Source: an uncultured Peptococcaceae bacterium
GTDB lineage: Bacteria > Bacillota > Desulfitobacteriia > Desulfitobacteriales > Desulfitobacteriaceae
Length of the DNA: 24,000 nucleotides
Direction of reading: 5' to 3'
NCBI GenBank assembly: GCA_963529635.1
Contig: CAURZJ010000002.1
Location: 442,071-466,070, forward strand
The notes below the pieces were generated by a model, which ran no database searches, was not told the DNA's origin, and saw nothing but the letters and a program-made list of their open reading frames with translations. The translations under genes were made by a program, and so were the position numbers. How positions within the stretch are numbered: position 1 is the first letter of the stretch; each line of letters begins with the position of its first letter. Below, one piece after another: positions 23,031 to 24,000 of this stretch.

Positions 23031-24000
23031 TTGCACTCGATCCCCCTTCCCTTGTTTCTTCATATAAGAAGCAGCGAACCTTATGCCCTTCAATATCCTG
23101 CAGTTCCGGCATTGCTTGGGTACAGCGTTCCATACTCTGCTCACAACGGTCAGAGAAAGAGCAACCTGACGGCATATTAAGAGGATTAGGGACCATCCCC
23201 TTAATCATATACAAGCGTTCGTCACTATCATCATCGATTTGCGGAATGGAACGCAGCAAGCCCATGGTGTAAGGATGCAAGGGATTAACAAATAAACTCC
23301 TGACATCCGCTTCTTCCACGATTTTACCGCAGTACATGACGATAACACGGTCGGCCGCTTCCGAAACCACGCCCAAATCGTGGGTGATAAGCAAAACCGC
23401 CATATGGAACTTTTCACGCAACCGATAAAGTAGTTCAAGAATCTGGGCCTGAATCGTAACATCAAGCGCTGTCGTCGGTTCGTCGGCAATCAGAAGTTCA
23501 GGCTCACAAGCAAGGGCAAGGGCCGTCATCACCCTCTGGCGCATCCCTCCACTCATTTGGTGAGGATAATCGTTAGCCCTTTGAGCTGCAGAGGGAATCC
23601 CTACTGTATCCAGCATTTCGATAGCACGTTCGAGAGCCTCTTTTTTAGAAATCTTCATATGGGTCATAATGCTTTCCATAATCTGATCCTTAATACGCAT
23701 GACCGGATTCAGTGAGGTCATTGGCTCTTGGAAAATCATCGAGATTTGGTTGCCCCGAATCTTCTGCAGTTCTCTCTGATTCAATTTCGTTAAATCCTGC
23801 GATTTAAAGAGGATTTCTCCGCCTGATATCCTACCGGGCTTTTGTAAAAGTCCCATAACAGAAAGAGACGTCACACTTTTTCCTGAGCCGGACTCACCGA
23901 CAACAGCCAAAATCTCGCCCTTATCTATGGAAAAGCTGATATCATCGACTGCCTTGACAATCCCACGTTTCAGCTTAAATTCCGTACTTAAATTCTTAAC
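22072..24000. repeat. Copy 2 of the duplicated ATPase-gene segment, paralogous to 16088-18017
   Basis: See copy 1. Divergence is roughly 1 mismatch per 10 nt, interrupted by two perfectly identical tracts. Confidence 0.95.
23023..24000 (-). CDS. Opp/Dpp/Nik-type ABC transporter ATP-binding protein (D-type), copy 2. The 5' end lies beyond the window.
   Basis: The frame stays open to base 24000 and reads [42 protein letters not shown], collinear with copy 1. The ORF-track start at 23910 is an internal TTG. Confidence 0.9.
   Translation of the reverse strand, partial: VKNLSTEFKLKRGIVKAVDDISFSIDKGEILAVVGESGSGKSVTSLSVMGLLQKPGRISGGEILFKSQDLTKLNQRELQKIRGNQISMIFQEPMTSLNPVMRIKDQIMESIMTHMKISKKEALERAIEMLDTVGIPSAAQRANDYPHQMSGGMRQRVMTALALACEPELLIADEPTTALDVTIQAQILELLYRLREKFHMAVLLITHDLGVVSEAADRVIVMYCGKIVEEADVRSLFVNPLHPYTMGLLRSIPQIDDDSDERLYMIKGMVPNPLNMPSGCSFSDRCEQSMERCTQAMPELQDIEGHKVRCFLYEETREGGSSANE

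Noticed and set aside
23031-23144. A 38-codon N-terminal extension of the copy-2 F-type ATPase (ORF track 22062-23144)
   Set aside because: It is read-through of an open frame across the 3' end of the D gene. Alignment with copy 1 and the position of the conserved [15 protein letters not shown] place the true start at 23030.
16072-24000. Considered whether the ~6 kb direct duplication is a mobile element or composite transposon
   Set aside because: There are no transposase or integrase genes, no terminal inverted repeats and no target-site duplications. The repeat units are functional operon genes with their own promoter and terminator, which fits tandem operon paralogy.

Overview
This is a 24 kb chromosomal window from an anaerobic Firmicute-type genome. 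The gene content (hgcAB, a CWB2-anchored wall protein, cobS, norCB) suggests a Desulfitobacterium/Desulfosporosinus-like organism, but that is inference only and no search was run. I support 22 protein genes: 19 on the minus strand and 3 on the plus strand, with two cut by the window edges. I found no rRNA, tRNA, CRISPR array, transposase or integrase. Left to right the window holds: the 3' part of cobS; a 370-bp gap between convergent genes containing a candidate structured RNA of unknown class; a PLP aminotransferase; signal peptidase I; a GAF-GGDEF cyclase; a TVP38 membrane protein; a pspA plus Tim44-like gene pair with a yybP-ykoY (Mn2+) riboswitch about 400 nt upstream; norC-norB-like nitric oxide reductase; glycerate kinase; a CDF transporter; an arsR-hgcA-hgcB mercury-methylation operon; a CWB2-VanW surface protein; a complete 5-gene Opp/Dpp-type ABC operon; and the D and F ATPase genes of a second, tandem paralogous operon. 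The observations most worth follow-up are: (1) the hgcAB locus and its putative operator, a perfect 17-bp inverted repeat overlapping a near-consensus promoter; (2) the Mn riboswitch in a non-canonical context, with an 11-bp-phased repeat array in the spacer; (3) the unassigned structured RNA at 607-832; (4) 182-nt and 255-nt tracts of perfect identity inside otherwise roughly 10%-diverged ATPase paralogs, which suggests gene conversion. The ORF-track coordinates include the stop codon. I moved several starts downstream where an RBS or a paralog alignment supported it.
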